Shown here one piece after another: positions 49,237-60,571 of a DNA stretch of 64,000 nucleotides. The DNA is taken from positions 62,001-126,000 of the forward strand of contig RSEE01000013.1 in assembly GCA_003971905.1 (NCBI GenBank), in the 5' to 3' direction. How positions within the stretch are numbered: the first letter of the stretch is position 1; each line of letters begins with the position of its first letter. Both the position numbers and the translations under genes were made by a program. The stretch comes from Moniliella sp. 'wahieum' (lineage: Eukaryota). The notes under the pieces were generated by a model. It did no database searches, was not told where the DNA came from, and was given only the letters and a program-made list of their open reading frames with translations.

Positions 49237-50367
49237 ATGGCCGGCCCAACCACTGCATCTTCCACGTCAGCCACCCGACCCGCGGCCCTGCGCCACGCGG
49301 CCTCGGACAGTGTGTTGCGGGGTTGGGGGGTGCCACTGCGTCTGCTGTCCTCCTTGCCCGAATGCTGGGGCCATCGTGGCGCATCCGGTGCGTTCCCGAG
49401 AACACCATGGCTTCATTTGATGCCGCCGTGGGACGGCGCGGATGGGATTGAGACGGATGCACATTACGAAGGACAATGTGATTGTCATGTTCCACGACTC
49501 GGTTCTGGGTCGGACGACGAATGGCTCGGCCAAATCTCGGCGCAAAACTATGTGGGCGGGATTGACCAAGTTCGCACGTGCAAGAGCCCGTGCAGAAGAT
49601 TCCGACGTTCAATGAGCTGTGCGACTTCTCATGCTCCCCGAAAACCGGCACGTCAAGGCCACATTGATGTCAAGCCGGACAACCAACCGGACCGGCTGTT
49701 TCGTCTGATGAAGGGCGTGGTGAGCCAGCATGAGGGCTATGAGACGCAGTTGGCACCCCGCCTGGTACTGGGTCTGTGGCATCCCAAGTTCATTGCCTCT
49801 GCCATTGAGCACGTTCCAACCCTGCGCCCGCATCCACATTGGTGGCAGCCCCTCCAAGGCACGCAAGTACTTCTGGCAAGGGTGTGATGGCTTTAGCATG
49901 TCCTTTGCCTCCCTTGTCGGGGCCGAGGGCCAGCGGTTTCTGCGTGACGCTCAGGCCGAGGGAAAGCACGTGTACGTCTGGACCGTCAACCGACCGGATG
50001 AGATGATCGAGGCAACTCGATGGGGTGTCAATGCAGTTTTGACGGACAATACCGAGCTGTTCCAGCGTTGCGCACCGAAATGAGGCAAGACTTTGTCAAG
50101 ATTTACCACCGCAACGTGCCCGCCTTGTTCCGCTGGACCACTTGGCAGTATTATGGAGTGCCGCAGTTCCTCATCCAGCGCAACTGGCACGCCGACGCTG
50201 AGAAGCGGGCGGGGGAGACGTTTGACGAGGCCCAGGCTCGTGATCACCAACGTTCCACTAACGCTTCCCCCGTGCCGTCGGAGGATACGTGCGTTGCCAC
50301 CCCCCCCACCAAAGCGATTGCCGAGACGGAGCTGCCGATGCCCTCGGTCGAGCCTTTGGCAGCGTAG
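49237..50367 (+). CDS. glycerophosphodiester phosphodiesterase (Pgc1-like)
   Basis: PECWGHRGASGAFP(ENT), DGADGIETD, IDVKPDN, LAPRLVLGLWHPKF and VYVWTVN...WGVNAVLTD. Several frameshifts. Confidence 0.9.
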
Positions 50368-50871
50368 CCCTCACCTCACCCCTTCTCCACCTTTTTCTAT
50401 AATCCCACCTGCCCCCCCCCCCCCCCCCCGCAACCTATACAGTCCCTTTATCCCTCTTTGTACTCTATACCAAATCTCTCTCGATTCCTGTCCCTCTCCA
50501 GCAAAAGCGCCTGCACTCTCTAGCTGCTTCTCCCACCCAGAATCCTTAACAATCTCACGCGCTTTGCCACTATGGCTGCAGTAAACCAGGCTGAATTTGA
50601 CTGTCAGATGAAGCCGTCACGGTCGAAACGGGGTGCGTACCCTCCAGCTCTAGCGGCCCTGGGGTAGTACACTGTCCTTTTGTGCAAGTGCTACTTCAAT
50701 TGGCTTCACCCCCTTTCGAGCCCATCACATTAACCTTACGGTGCCGACCTATCTTTCTCTTTTCATCTCATACTGATGAACTTGTCTGTTCCGTTGGTCC
50801 ACTGGGGCACAATTGACTTGCAAACAGGATACATGTGTCCGTCCATCTTGGGTGGCGATAGGACAAAAAAT

Positions 50872-50971
50872 TGATCGAACCCGGGATCGAACCGGGGACC
50901 TTACGCGTCTCAACGAGACCTGTTGCTCCAGGATGTGAAGCGTACGTCATGACCAGCTAGACCATCCGACC
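50872..50971 (-). tRNA. tRNA-Val(CAC) with 26-nt intron
   Basis: Acceptor GGTCGGA/TTCGATC+A, anticodon stem TACGC/GCGTA with loop TT-CAC-A (anticodon 50935-50937), intron 50908-50933, T arm CCCGG-TTCGATC-CCGGG. A T6 terminator lies at 50865-50870. Confidence 0.95.
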
Positions 50972-51709
50972 GTGATAGTGGCAGTCAACTTCCGCTTATG
51001 ACCCACCACCTAGTCATGGTGGAGGCGAGCCCACTACTTCTCTCACACAGTTTCTTCACGAGACCAAAGGCACGGCCAAGTAGCAAAAGAAACTCGCTCG
51101 CCCTGAAGCATCGCTTCGATCGAAGCCATGCGACTGGGCAGATTTGGTTACCTGTGCGCGAGGAACGGCAGAGGTTATGGAGGGGAGGACCTATTGACTG
51201 TACGATGCAGGCTGCCCAAGCAAACAATGGGGCAAAACGGAGGTACTTCTTTGATGAGAAAAGGGCAAGAACTATCGATTCACCAAGCCAGCCTAGGAGC
51301 ATGCGAGAGGAGAAATGTAATGCTGCACTGATGGATGGAGGAACAACAAGGAGGGTAGGGGGGTAGGGGGGTAGGGAAGGTGGGACGATTTTAGTGAGGG
51401 CGCTCAGGCGGGGCAAGGAGCGAGAGGGGATCTGCTCGAGCAGGGCTCAGTTCACAGTCCAGCACCAACGGCGACACGGACGGAGTCCGTGATTTCGCTC
51501 GTGGCCTGGGCGCGCGGACTACGAAGCAGAGGCGAGCCACCGAGCTCGGCAGAAAAACGTACGGGGTGTGCAGTTGACGTCGGAGGGAAGGGGACGATGT
51601 GGTGGTGCCAAACGCACGCGCACACGGCGGGTCCTCCGACCCCGAACCCCAGGTACAGTCGCAGCAGCTCCCTGCCGGTTCACCGCAGGGGAACAGCCGG
51701 CCAAGCCTG

Positions 51710-53656
51710 CTACAACTGGCGACTGAGGTAGCAGTGCACTGCCTTTACGCGCTGACACAGCTTTGGGGGAAAGCGGTTCGTCCGCCACGCCGTACGTAGG
51801 CGTGTGCATCCGTAGTGGAGATGGAGGGGGGCAGGGGGCGTAGTAGAGAGGGTGGTCTTGCCCCGGTCATGGACGGCAGGGAGGAGCGAAGTGCGGCGGG
51901 GTGGTACTGATGGCAAGCCCGTCGTTGGCCGTAGGATTGGCAGGAGAGGCGGGTGGTAGGGTGGAGTGGGGAGACACGCTAGCTTGGCGGGCGGACAAGG
52001 CGGTGGGGGTGTAGCAGAACACCCAAGCTCTGGCGAAAAATAGATGCTAGCGGGGGAAGTGGTATGGGTAAGGGACAAAGGCGAGTCCTGACACGCCTCA
52101 CTGCGCCCCGGCCCCAGACCAGGTGTGGGGGGTGGGCCAGGGTAAGGCGTCGACGCCGGCACTGGTGCGGGTATCGGTACTGGCACAGATGCGACGGCCG
52201 TTAGGGCTGTTAGGTGACGTTCCCATTCGACCAGCTGGTATAAAAGGGCACAGTTGGGCGAGATGGCTGGGGAGGCCTCCTTGACACGCGTATACGCGTC
52301 ATGCATTCCCCGTAGCGAAGCCAACAGGGCTGGATGATGACCCAGCGCAGCCGACTGCATCACATAGGCAATCACTGCTGTGGCCGAGCGCGAGATGCCT
52401 AATTGGCAGTGAACCAGCACCGCCGGCTTGGATGGCGCCTGGGTCGACGAGATGGGTGCCATGTTCAACTCGGTGCTGGCCGGTCCTGTGAGGAGGCCCT
52501 GGCCATCAACGGCCAAGCCCAATCCAGCAGCAATCACCCCGCACGCAGCTGAGAACCCCCCTTGGGGAGAAGCCAGGTCCGGTTGATCGTGCGACCAGGG
52601 GAGAAGCACACACTGAATGGGCCATGGCAGGGATGAAGATGGGTCAGGAGGAATCGTGGCTGTGCTCGTGCCAGCAGGAAGAGGTGCGCTGCCTCTTGTG
52701 GGAGGGCGTAACTGATGCGCGTAGGTTGGGTGTGGAAGCTGCAAGGCGAAGAGGGGTGTGGGCTGCGCGGTGGCGTGGAGGAGGTGGGGGAAAGAACACA
52801 GACACCGGGTGGTGGGTGAAGATTGGATGGGCCAGTTGCTGTGGCTGCGGGGGAGGTGCAGGACGTGGATGTCAATACGGGGGGAATTGGCACTCGGATG
52901 CAACGGTAAGGATAGTGGTGATGCCGCAGCGCGCAAGGACGGCCGGGTCGTGTGCCGTCTGCTCGCCGGAAAGAAAGAGGCGTGGGAGGATCTGGACTGG
53001 GCCGGCTGCATATGCGCTAGCGGCAAGCGCAAGAGATGCATCCTCTCCTGCGTCGATGGAAAGAGCGGGGGGCGAGACGACCAAAGGAGATGGAGAGATT
53101 CCAGCTGTGGCCAAGGGAGCCGCAAGGGGGGCATGGCTGCTGATCCCAGGCGCCAGTACGAGGCGGGGCGGAGCACGCCGGCGGCGAAGCCCTGGGAGCC
53201 TGTTGGACGAGTTTGTGCCAGGAGGGGAAGGGGCCGAAGGGGAGCTGGGACTGGCGCGGGGATTGGGCGTAGGGACGAGCGGAGAGGGGCGGCGTGAAGC
53301 CCGCGGGTGGGCGGGAGTGGGCAAGCATCGGCGCCAGGACAGAAGGGGGGGGACGAGAGAAGGTGGGAGGGAGGGTGATGCTCGTGGCCGGGGCCGGGGC
53401 GGCGGTGCTCAGGTGGGTGTGGCGGATGGGAGGGTTGGCGGCGTTGCAGCCTGCGGGAGCTGGAGCGTGCTGGCGCACTGCTGGAGGGATTGGGGTTGCG
53501 TTGGCGTTGGAGTGGCGTTGGAGTTGGAGTTGGAGTTGGAGTTGGAGTTGGGCTGTGGCAAGTGCCGGTGATCACGCGCAGCGAGGTGGAGCCGGGAGGA
53601 GACAGCCTGAGTGCGTGGTGCGGCAAGGGGCACGGCGGCAGCCTGGGCACATGCAT
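51710..53656 (-). CDS. dual-specificity (MAP kinase-type) protein phosphatase
   Basis: GPVQILPRLFLSGE...ITTILTVASEC (ORF 52872-53324), active site VLVHCQLGISRSATAVIAYVM and ISPN..LLYQLVEWE (ORF 51710-53860). The start is uncertain. Confidence 0.85.
   Translation of the reverse strand: MHVPRLPPCPLPHHALRLSPPGSTSLRVITGTCHSPTPTPTPTPTPTPLQRQRNPNPSSSAPARSSSRRLQRRQPSHPPHPPEHRRPGPGHEHHPPSHLLSSPPFCPGADACPLPPTRGLHAAPLRSSLRPIPAPVPAPLRPLPLLAQTRPTGSQGFAAGVLRPASYWRLGSAAMPPLRLPWPQLESLHLLWSSRPPLFPSTQERMHLLRLPLAHMQPAQSRSSHASFFPASRRHTTRPSLRAAASPLSLPLHPSANSPRIDIHVLHLPRSHSNWPIQSSPTTRCLCSFPHLLHATAQPTPLFALQLPHPTYAHQLRPPTRGSAPLPAGTSTATIPPDPSSSLPWPIQCVLLPWSHDQPDLASPQGGFSAACGVIAAGLGLAVDGQGLLTGPASTELNMAPISSTQAPSKPAVLVHCQLGISRSATAVIAYVMQSAALGHHPALLASLRGMHDAYTRVKEASPAISPNCALLYQLVEWERHLTALTAVASVPVPIPAPVPASTPYPGPPPTPGLGPGRSEACQDSPLSLTHTTSPASIYFSPELGCSATPPPPCPPAKLACLPTPPYHPPLLPILRPTTGLPSVPPRRTSLLPAVHDRGKTTLSTTPPAPLHLHYGCTRLRTAWRTNRFPPKLCQRVKAVHCYLSRQL
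53517..53551 (+). repeat. (GTTGGA)n hexanucleotide microsatellite
   Basis: Nearly six tandem units within the 5' part of the phosphatase gene. Confidence 0.85.
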
Positions 53657-55341
53657 GCCTTTGGCCGGGCGCTGGGCGCTGTCGCGTGCTGCAGGCGTGC
53701 GGCAGGCGCGCGGCAGCAGCGCGGCGGCACATGCCTGCATCCCGAACATCCCACACGGGCCGCTCTGGCCTGGCGCATCATCGACACTGCCTCTGTGCCG
53801 CTGGTGTTCCTCGTCTGCAATCACAGATTCCAGACTTCTGACGTGCGAGGCTCTGACCATCGATCATCGATCATCATCACTAGCATCACTGGTCACCCGT
53901 CACACCTTCGGATTGCCCCCACCAATGAGTGCTGGTGCTGAGCGGCTAAAGCGCTGAATTTGCTTTTGAGACATGCGATCTGTGACATGTGACATGTGGT
54001 TACTAGGTTACTGCCTAGTGGCTAGTGGCTAGTGGCTACATCACCCACGCGCTGCCATCGGGAGCGGTTGGTTGAGCTGGTTGTGTCCACGGGTATCCAG
54101 TTTCCGACTTGTGTTTCTCTTCTGTCGCTATTTGAGGGCACCCCATTCCCATACAGTCGCTAGCCAAGCAATTACTCATCATGCGGCACAGCAGGCAGCT
54201 CCAGGCGGCCACCCACATCCCACAGACAGTAGCTTTTGCCACAGCGCATTCTAACAGCAGATGGCTGCTCTCCATCCACATTGCTCGGGGATACGGAGCG
54301 GTAAGAGGAAGGTAACCGGTCATTAAAGACTAGCAACCCGGAACCCACTGCCCCTCTTCCGCCACACTGCCAAGGTCTGCAAGCCCGAACCAGGGGATAG
54401 AGTCCGATAGCCACTCTGTGGTGCATCGGTAGCCTGCGACACCGCCACGCCATTGCCACGCCCTGCTCCACATGAAGCGCCACACACTGTGCCTTATGCA
54501 CGCGATGCCCTGCGATGCCTTGCGATGCCTCGCCGCCCATTCCCGCCCATTCCGCCTGCCTCTTGATGTTCCACATTCAATGAGGCTTCACACCCTCGCC
54601 CCCTGCCACGCCCACCCCTGCAGCCCCCATTAGCCACAATGGAATCCCACCGCCCCCAGCACAAGCTGATCCAGGGGCGTACAACCCTTTCAGGGCGTTT
54701 GCAATAGTCCGCCGGCACCTGCATGTTGCTTTCCGCACAGCCTTTGGGGTTCTAATCCATCCATCAGGCACTAGCTCGTTTCCCCCGCCATTGTCATGTG
54801 CGACAGTGTTATAGACTACCAACGGCACCTGTCTGACTGAGTAGTAGGGCGTGTGAAAACCGATTCGCCAAGTTGCCGTTGGGAAAGGGAGGGAGACCAA
54901 GGTCCTGTCAGAGGCGGGAGGAAAGGCAAGATCGTTCGTGGGAGGAAACAGAAAGCATCGGGCAGAGAACAGAAGCAAAAGGAAAGGGAAGAGCGAGAGA
55001 CACATGAGCCAGAATTGGAAACTGGAGCGAGCTTAGTCCTTCGGTGACAAAAGGTTGGCTGCCCTTCCGTTGGCACTGGCCTTCACATTGGCCGCAGCCA
55101 GGTGAAATATCACACTACATGATGAACATGTATCGCTATGCCGAACCCGCTATGTCTATGCTCAAGCCCTCAAGCCCGACTGACTACTCTCAATGCCGCG
55201 TCAAGCTTCAAGGCGCTCAACCATGCGCTGCTCACATTGTCTTCTTCTTTTGACGTTTAGTAGCCTGATGGTACTGGGCTGGCCTTTGTGGCGCCAAATC
55301 GTTCTCATCAATTCTCGGATTTACCCTATCTCGTCGTCGGT

Positions 55342-56919
55342 TCACTTGGGCAGTGTCACCTCTTTCTCGTTGATGCGGCGACACAGTTCCTTCAGAGCCT
55401 ACAGAGAGAGACCAGTCAGCTCTTGTCTTGGCCGAGAGCCCATAACAGGAGAACCTCACGTACCTGGGCGCCATACAAAAAGTCCGACTCGTCCAAGTAT
55501 ACCTGGCTCGACAAGCGTGCCCATAGCTGCCCGCCTGTTTCGAAGACGGGGATGACAGTGTTAAACTCATCATACAGGTGAGTCTGGATGTAATCGTTCA
55601 CGCCCCCCGGCTGAGTCCAACCGTCACCCCAGACAGGGGCGCTGGCCCAAATGTCTTGCTGCAGCGGAAGTTGAACATTGGCAGTAATGTAAGTCAGCTG
55701 GTCCGGGTCGCCTCCCTCACCCGCTTCAGCAACAGTGAGGCGCATGCTCCGCGTTCCCAGTTCCCGAGCAGCTACCTCGCCTCCTTCAATGGACAGTTTG
55801 CGAAGGTAAGCGTGAATGCGCGCCTCGCCCCCAATGCGTTCATAAAAGTCCAGAGCCGAGTTGATTGCCAGCGCATGGGCCATATCGTTCGTCCCGGGGA
55901 AGGCCCACATGGCGTTCCAAGAGGGAGCCCACGTCGTCGGCACCGAGCTCAGCACCTTGTCCCGATTCTTGGGGGCTACATAGAGGACCGCATTTCCCCG
56001 CGGGGCATACTGCCACTTGTGTGCATTCGACACGAAAAAGTCGGGCTGGAGCTTGCTCAAGTCCAGCGGGATACCACCCAAACCATGAGCCCCATCGACA
56101 AAGGTTAGTACGCCGTACTCACGGAACAGGTCCGTCAACTCGTAAAATGGCATGATAACCCCCGGCCGGCTGGACACGGTATCAAACACGGCCATACGCG
56201 GCAACTTGCCCGCCACCTTCATTTCTTCCAATTTGGCCCGCGTCTGCTCCACAACCGCAGCCAAGCTGCAAGGATACTGGAGAGATCGTCTCAACCTTAG
56301 GGAAGGGATGGGCGGTACGAGCTCGATCCTGAACGTACTCAATGGTACGCAGCAGGTTGAGGTAGACAGTCGAGTACGTCAGCACCACATCCCCCTCGAC
56401 CCAGGGAAAGTCCCGGAGAACAGCGTTGGTGCCGGACGTCGCGTTGGCCGTGATGACAACCGTACCGGGCTCAGCGTGCAGGTAGGCTTCGAGACGTGTG
56501 ATCGCGCGCTGGAGCTCAGTCGGGCGGAAGCGAGTAAGAAACGCCTGGACCAGACGGGCGTTAGTGGGCTCGTCGAGGACGAGGAGGTGGGCCGGGGGTT
56601 AGGAGGCACGTACATCAGGAGCCGACTCGGCGCGGATTTGCAGTTGCTGCAGCGCCGTCAGAACAGGACGGGGACAGGTACCGTACCCGCCTAATCTGCG
56701 TCAGCCCCGGATTAGGCGCCACATGCGAAGAGGGGGACATACCACTATTGAGGTTGATGTACCCCGGCTGGAAGTCCCAGTGCTGAAGCATGGCGTGTCC
56801 AAACTCTGGATTTTCCTCTACAGTCAGGGCAATGGGTTCGTCTTGTCGGCGAAGGCATCAGCCTTTGGCGGCACAACCGAGGCCGGCTGAGCGACATTGG
56901 ATTCATCCGGTGCGGCCAT
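55342..56919 (-). CDS. class V PLP enzyme (Egt2 / hercynylcysteine sulfoxide lyase / cysteine desulfhydrase-like)
   Basis: FGHAMLQHWDFQPGYINLNSGGYGTCPRPVL (across intron 56691-56742), FDTVSSRPGV, VDGAHGLG, PLP lysine SNAHKWQYAPRG, GTND and WARLSSQVY. Last intron 55399-55463. Confidence 0.88.
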
Positions 56920-57837
56920 GGTTTGCGCTCGTGTTGAAATGTGAGGATGGTGGTGGTGGAGTTGTGGGAAGAGGAAAGAGTCATTACAAAAGTAGCTTTA
57001 AGTAGTAGCTTTTAATGGTGATCCTCCGCAATCTCACATCGGAGCGCTTGGCATGCGATATGCGATAGGCGGTGCAACCGACTGGTGGTCGAAAGGTACA
57101 AGTAGGACCCAGTACGGCTATGGATATGACTCGACTAGGTGGCTTGCCGCATCGCATGGAAGGAAACACATCAGGAACACACCACCGGTTTCTGAGATCC
57201 CCGCGGACTATGCCAGTTGCGACGCGGATATCATGCACACTGCATGTTGATAGATTCCCCAGACAGATCCTCTGTGCTCCGGCGCTGACTCCCATCTCAC
57301 CCTTGCATCGAACCTTGCGCTCTGGCAGGTTCACAACCCTCCTCCTGTCTTCTCACCACGACCCGTACCGCTTGGAAGCGATACCTAGTACCCAATTTGC
57401 TCCAATCACTCATCTCCCCCTCCTTCAGGCAGTCTAGTCAGTCAGTACTCCGGTATACACTCGTCGGTCGGGGTTATTTGTCTGAGAGAGATCTGATTGC
57501 GACCAGTGGTCACATGGGTCATGACTCCGTGACGCGGGAATTACCCACCTCGTCATGGTCATCCACAGTCACGCGTTCACGTGGCAGCAGCAGCTGAGCC
57601 CGCCGAGGCTCGCGCCGCCTATCCTGAGCAGGGCCACCATCCTGGGCCAACGCTTCAACAAGAGCATCGGCCTAGCATCAACGTAAACGTTAAACATCAA
57701 CGCGGAACGCGGAACGCTTGCATGCGTTATGCATTGAAGATCGTGGCAGATCACTCAGTTATAAAAACACAGTGGAACAATGGAAATGATGGCTAAGGGG
57801 CAAGGGGGTTCGGGGGGGTGGGGGGGCAAACTCCATT

Positions 57838-59342
57838 CTACTGGAGCTTCAGCCCAGCGGCCTGCCAGGTCTCCAGCACAGACTCCCGCAGACGCAACAG
57901 ACCCTTCTCGATCTGGTCGAGCGGGACGAGGGAGAAGGAGAGGCGGGCGTAGGGGCTAGAGTTCACGTTGGGCAAGAAGGCGTAGCCAGGCACGCCAGCA
58001 CCCCCTTGTCGCGCGCAACCTTCTCAATCATGGTGTTCGAGTCGCCTTCGGGCGCGGCGGCGGTGGCAGGAAGACGGAACTTGATGAAAAAGAACATGCC
58101 GGCATTGGGCTCGACCCACTCAGCCACGGGCACTTGCTTACCCCCATTGCTGCCCATTTTTCGAGCGCAGCAGAGAAGACGTTGCGCCGGTCGAGGTAGA
58201 ACTGGGCTACCTTGTCGCAGTGAACCAGGAAGCCTTCCAGGCCCCACTTGGCCAGGATAGCCTGCGCAACAACCTGGGCAGTGTACGATGGCTGCAATTG
58301 GTAGCAAGCAGTCACGCCATCAATCGCCTCAATCAGCTTGGCAGGACCAGTGGCAATGCCAATCCGGAAACCGGCCGCCATGATCTTACTGAGCGAGTCA
58401 AAGCGCAGACGCGGCCGTCGCCCCACGTCTCAGCACCCTCCTGCTCCAGGGCAAGGTAGCTCTTGGGACGAGGACGGGTGAGGGGGTCCCCACCGGTTCT
58501 CAAAGGAGAGGAAGTAATAAGGGTCGTCCTCGAAGAGGATCAGTCCAAACTCGCGAATGACAGCGAGAACCTCGCGCTTGCGCTCCTCATCCGCACTTGC
58601 TCCACTTGGGTTGCCGCCGGTAGGAATCGAGTACAGCACCTTGGGGAATGTAAGGTGCTTGGTGCTCTCGGCCTCATGCCAGTTTTCCAGTGTCGAGCGC
58701 AGAGCCTTGGCCGACAAGCCGCGAGAGTCGGTCGGCACACTGTGCACCTTGTTGCCAAGCGTACTAGCCGCACCCGTGGCACCACTGCAGGAGAGATAGT
58801 GCACAATCAAGTCAGCGAACGCTCACGCGAATAGGGACAGAGACAGACGAGTACATACGGGAAAGTGGGGCCCTCAACAAGCACAGTGTCGTTACGATCA
58901 GTAAGAGCCATGAATGCCTTGCTGATCAGATCCTGGGAGCCGTTGCCGGTCATGGTGGACCAAGGGGTATGGAAGCCAGGGTTCTTGGGGTCAAAATCGG
59001 GCTTGCCATGGAGCTTCTGTTGAAAGTCGTGGAGAATCTGGACAAAGGGGGGCATGCCACCCGACATGCCGTATTGCAAGCTGGCTTGAGGTCGTCGGTG
59101 GGGATTTCGACAGCCTCCGCAGCACCCGTGTGAGGGTTGACAACGTCGACGGTCATGCCACGTACTGGGAACGCCTCGGGGTTGGGCTTGCCGGCCAGGA
59201 AGGAGACCATGTCGGGCACAAACTCGTATGGGAACAGGCCGCGGATGGCGGGCTTGGGCCAGGCCTTCATGGGCGCCGAGTAGTAGTCGACATAGTTGAG
59301 GTGGGTAGCAGGCGCAGGCTTGTGGGACGAAGCGGCGGGCAT
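57838..59342 (-). CDS. class I aromatic / 2-aminoadipate aminotransferase (Aro8-like)
   Basis: IRGLFP...MVSFLAGKPNP, QYG, GSQDL, VEGPT, LYSIPTGGNPSG, EDDPYYFL, PLP lysine RFDSLSKIMAAGFRIG, AGMF and YARLSFS. Intron at about 58790-58857. Confidence 0.92.
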
Positions 59343-60571
59343 GGCATGGTGAAAGCAGGGGCAGCGCGGGCGGGCGGGGTGAGGATGGAGACGGGGGGTG
59401 GGACCTCAGAAGGTGATTGGAAGGACAGCGCGCCTCTCTTATAGTCGCTGGCTAGAAATTGGCGAGGCAGGCCATGGATGACACTGGCACCCAGCGTCAG
59501 GCCTCAGCGGGTGTGGTAACCGCGTCTGCGTAACAGTCACCAGTCACCGCCGCCGCTGCCGGCGTGCCTTCACCGGCGCAGTGCGGTTGGTTGGTCTCCG
59601 GCCAGGGCCTCGTCCGCTAAAAATTTTCTCCGTTTGCGGTGGATGAAATTAACAGAAGCTGTGGCCTGCTGCTGGGGGCCCAGTGGCCGACAGGACAGCA
59701 CTCGTACGTTAATCGATAATCGATAATCGCAGGCCCAGTCCACGCCTCGGCCCCACCCTTTGCGTACGCAGCGCCCCACGGAGATGCCCAGGCGCCACAC
59801 CTGCGCACTCCCGGCTACGCTACTGCCGAGCCGAGGGCTGCCGTGGGTTGCCGAACCTGGGGGCTTACGCATTGATTACGCAAGCCCACGGTGCTACAGC
59901 GACCATGGGTGTTCCAGGTCACGCGCTCACGTGCTCCTCCCTCAGCGCTTCAGCCCCGCCTCTACTGACATGGGCGTCACTACCACGACTTCCCCAACAC
60001 CTCCAGCGACCCAAGTTAACCCCCCTATATGGAGGCACGCGCATACTACCTGCTCCCACCTCAATATATGGTGCCCTCGTCTGGATGTAGACCACCTTTG
60101 CTTGTGTTTTCGTCGAGGACACCAATGTGACCCTTTCAATTATCGTATTCCGCTGCGCCATTAAGGGCTCAGCCTGAGCCTCACCGGTCACCCTCACGCC
60201 CTCAGGCCTCCCTCTGGCTTCAGCGGATTGACAGGTTGTAGCTGTGGTCATCGATCTTCGACCAAATGGCTCCAATAGGCTGGACGGTTGCTCATTATAT
60301 GCAGGGCACCACCCTGTAGTCATGATCCGTTGAAACAAGTACATTCAATATTCAAACGTTCAATTGTCACCGCAAGCAACGCCAAGCAAGTACAATCAGA
60401 CCAACGGGAGAAGGCGCAATAAATTCAGTCCTACTGGGAACAAATAGGGTTATTGAGTTACTGTGCCCTTGTGCCGTGCTTGTCGCCAAAGCCAGTCGGG
60501 CGAACGGACGACCTCTGGTGAGCAAAGGCCAACGGCAACCAGACTACCTCCTCACCAACCAACCCACCAAG

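Noticed and set aside
55119..55183. Box C/D snoRNA candidate
   Set aside because: No recognisable rRNA complement or terminal stem.
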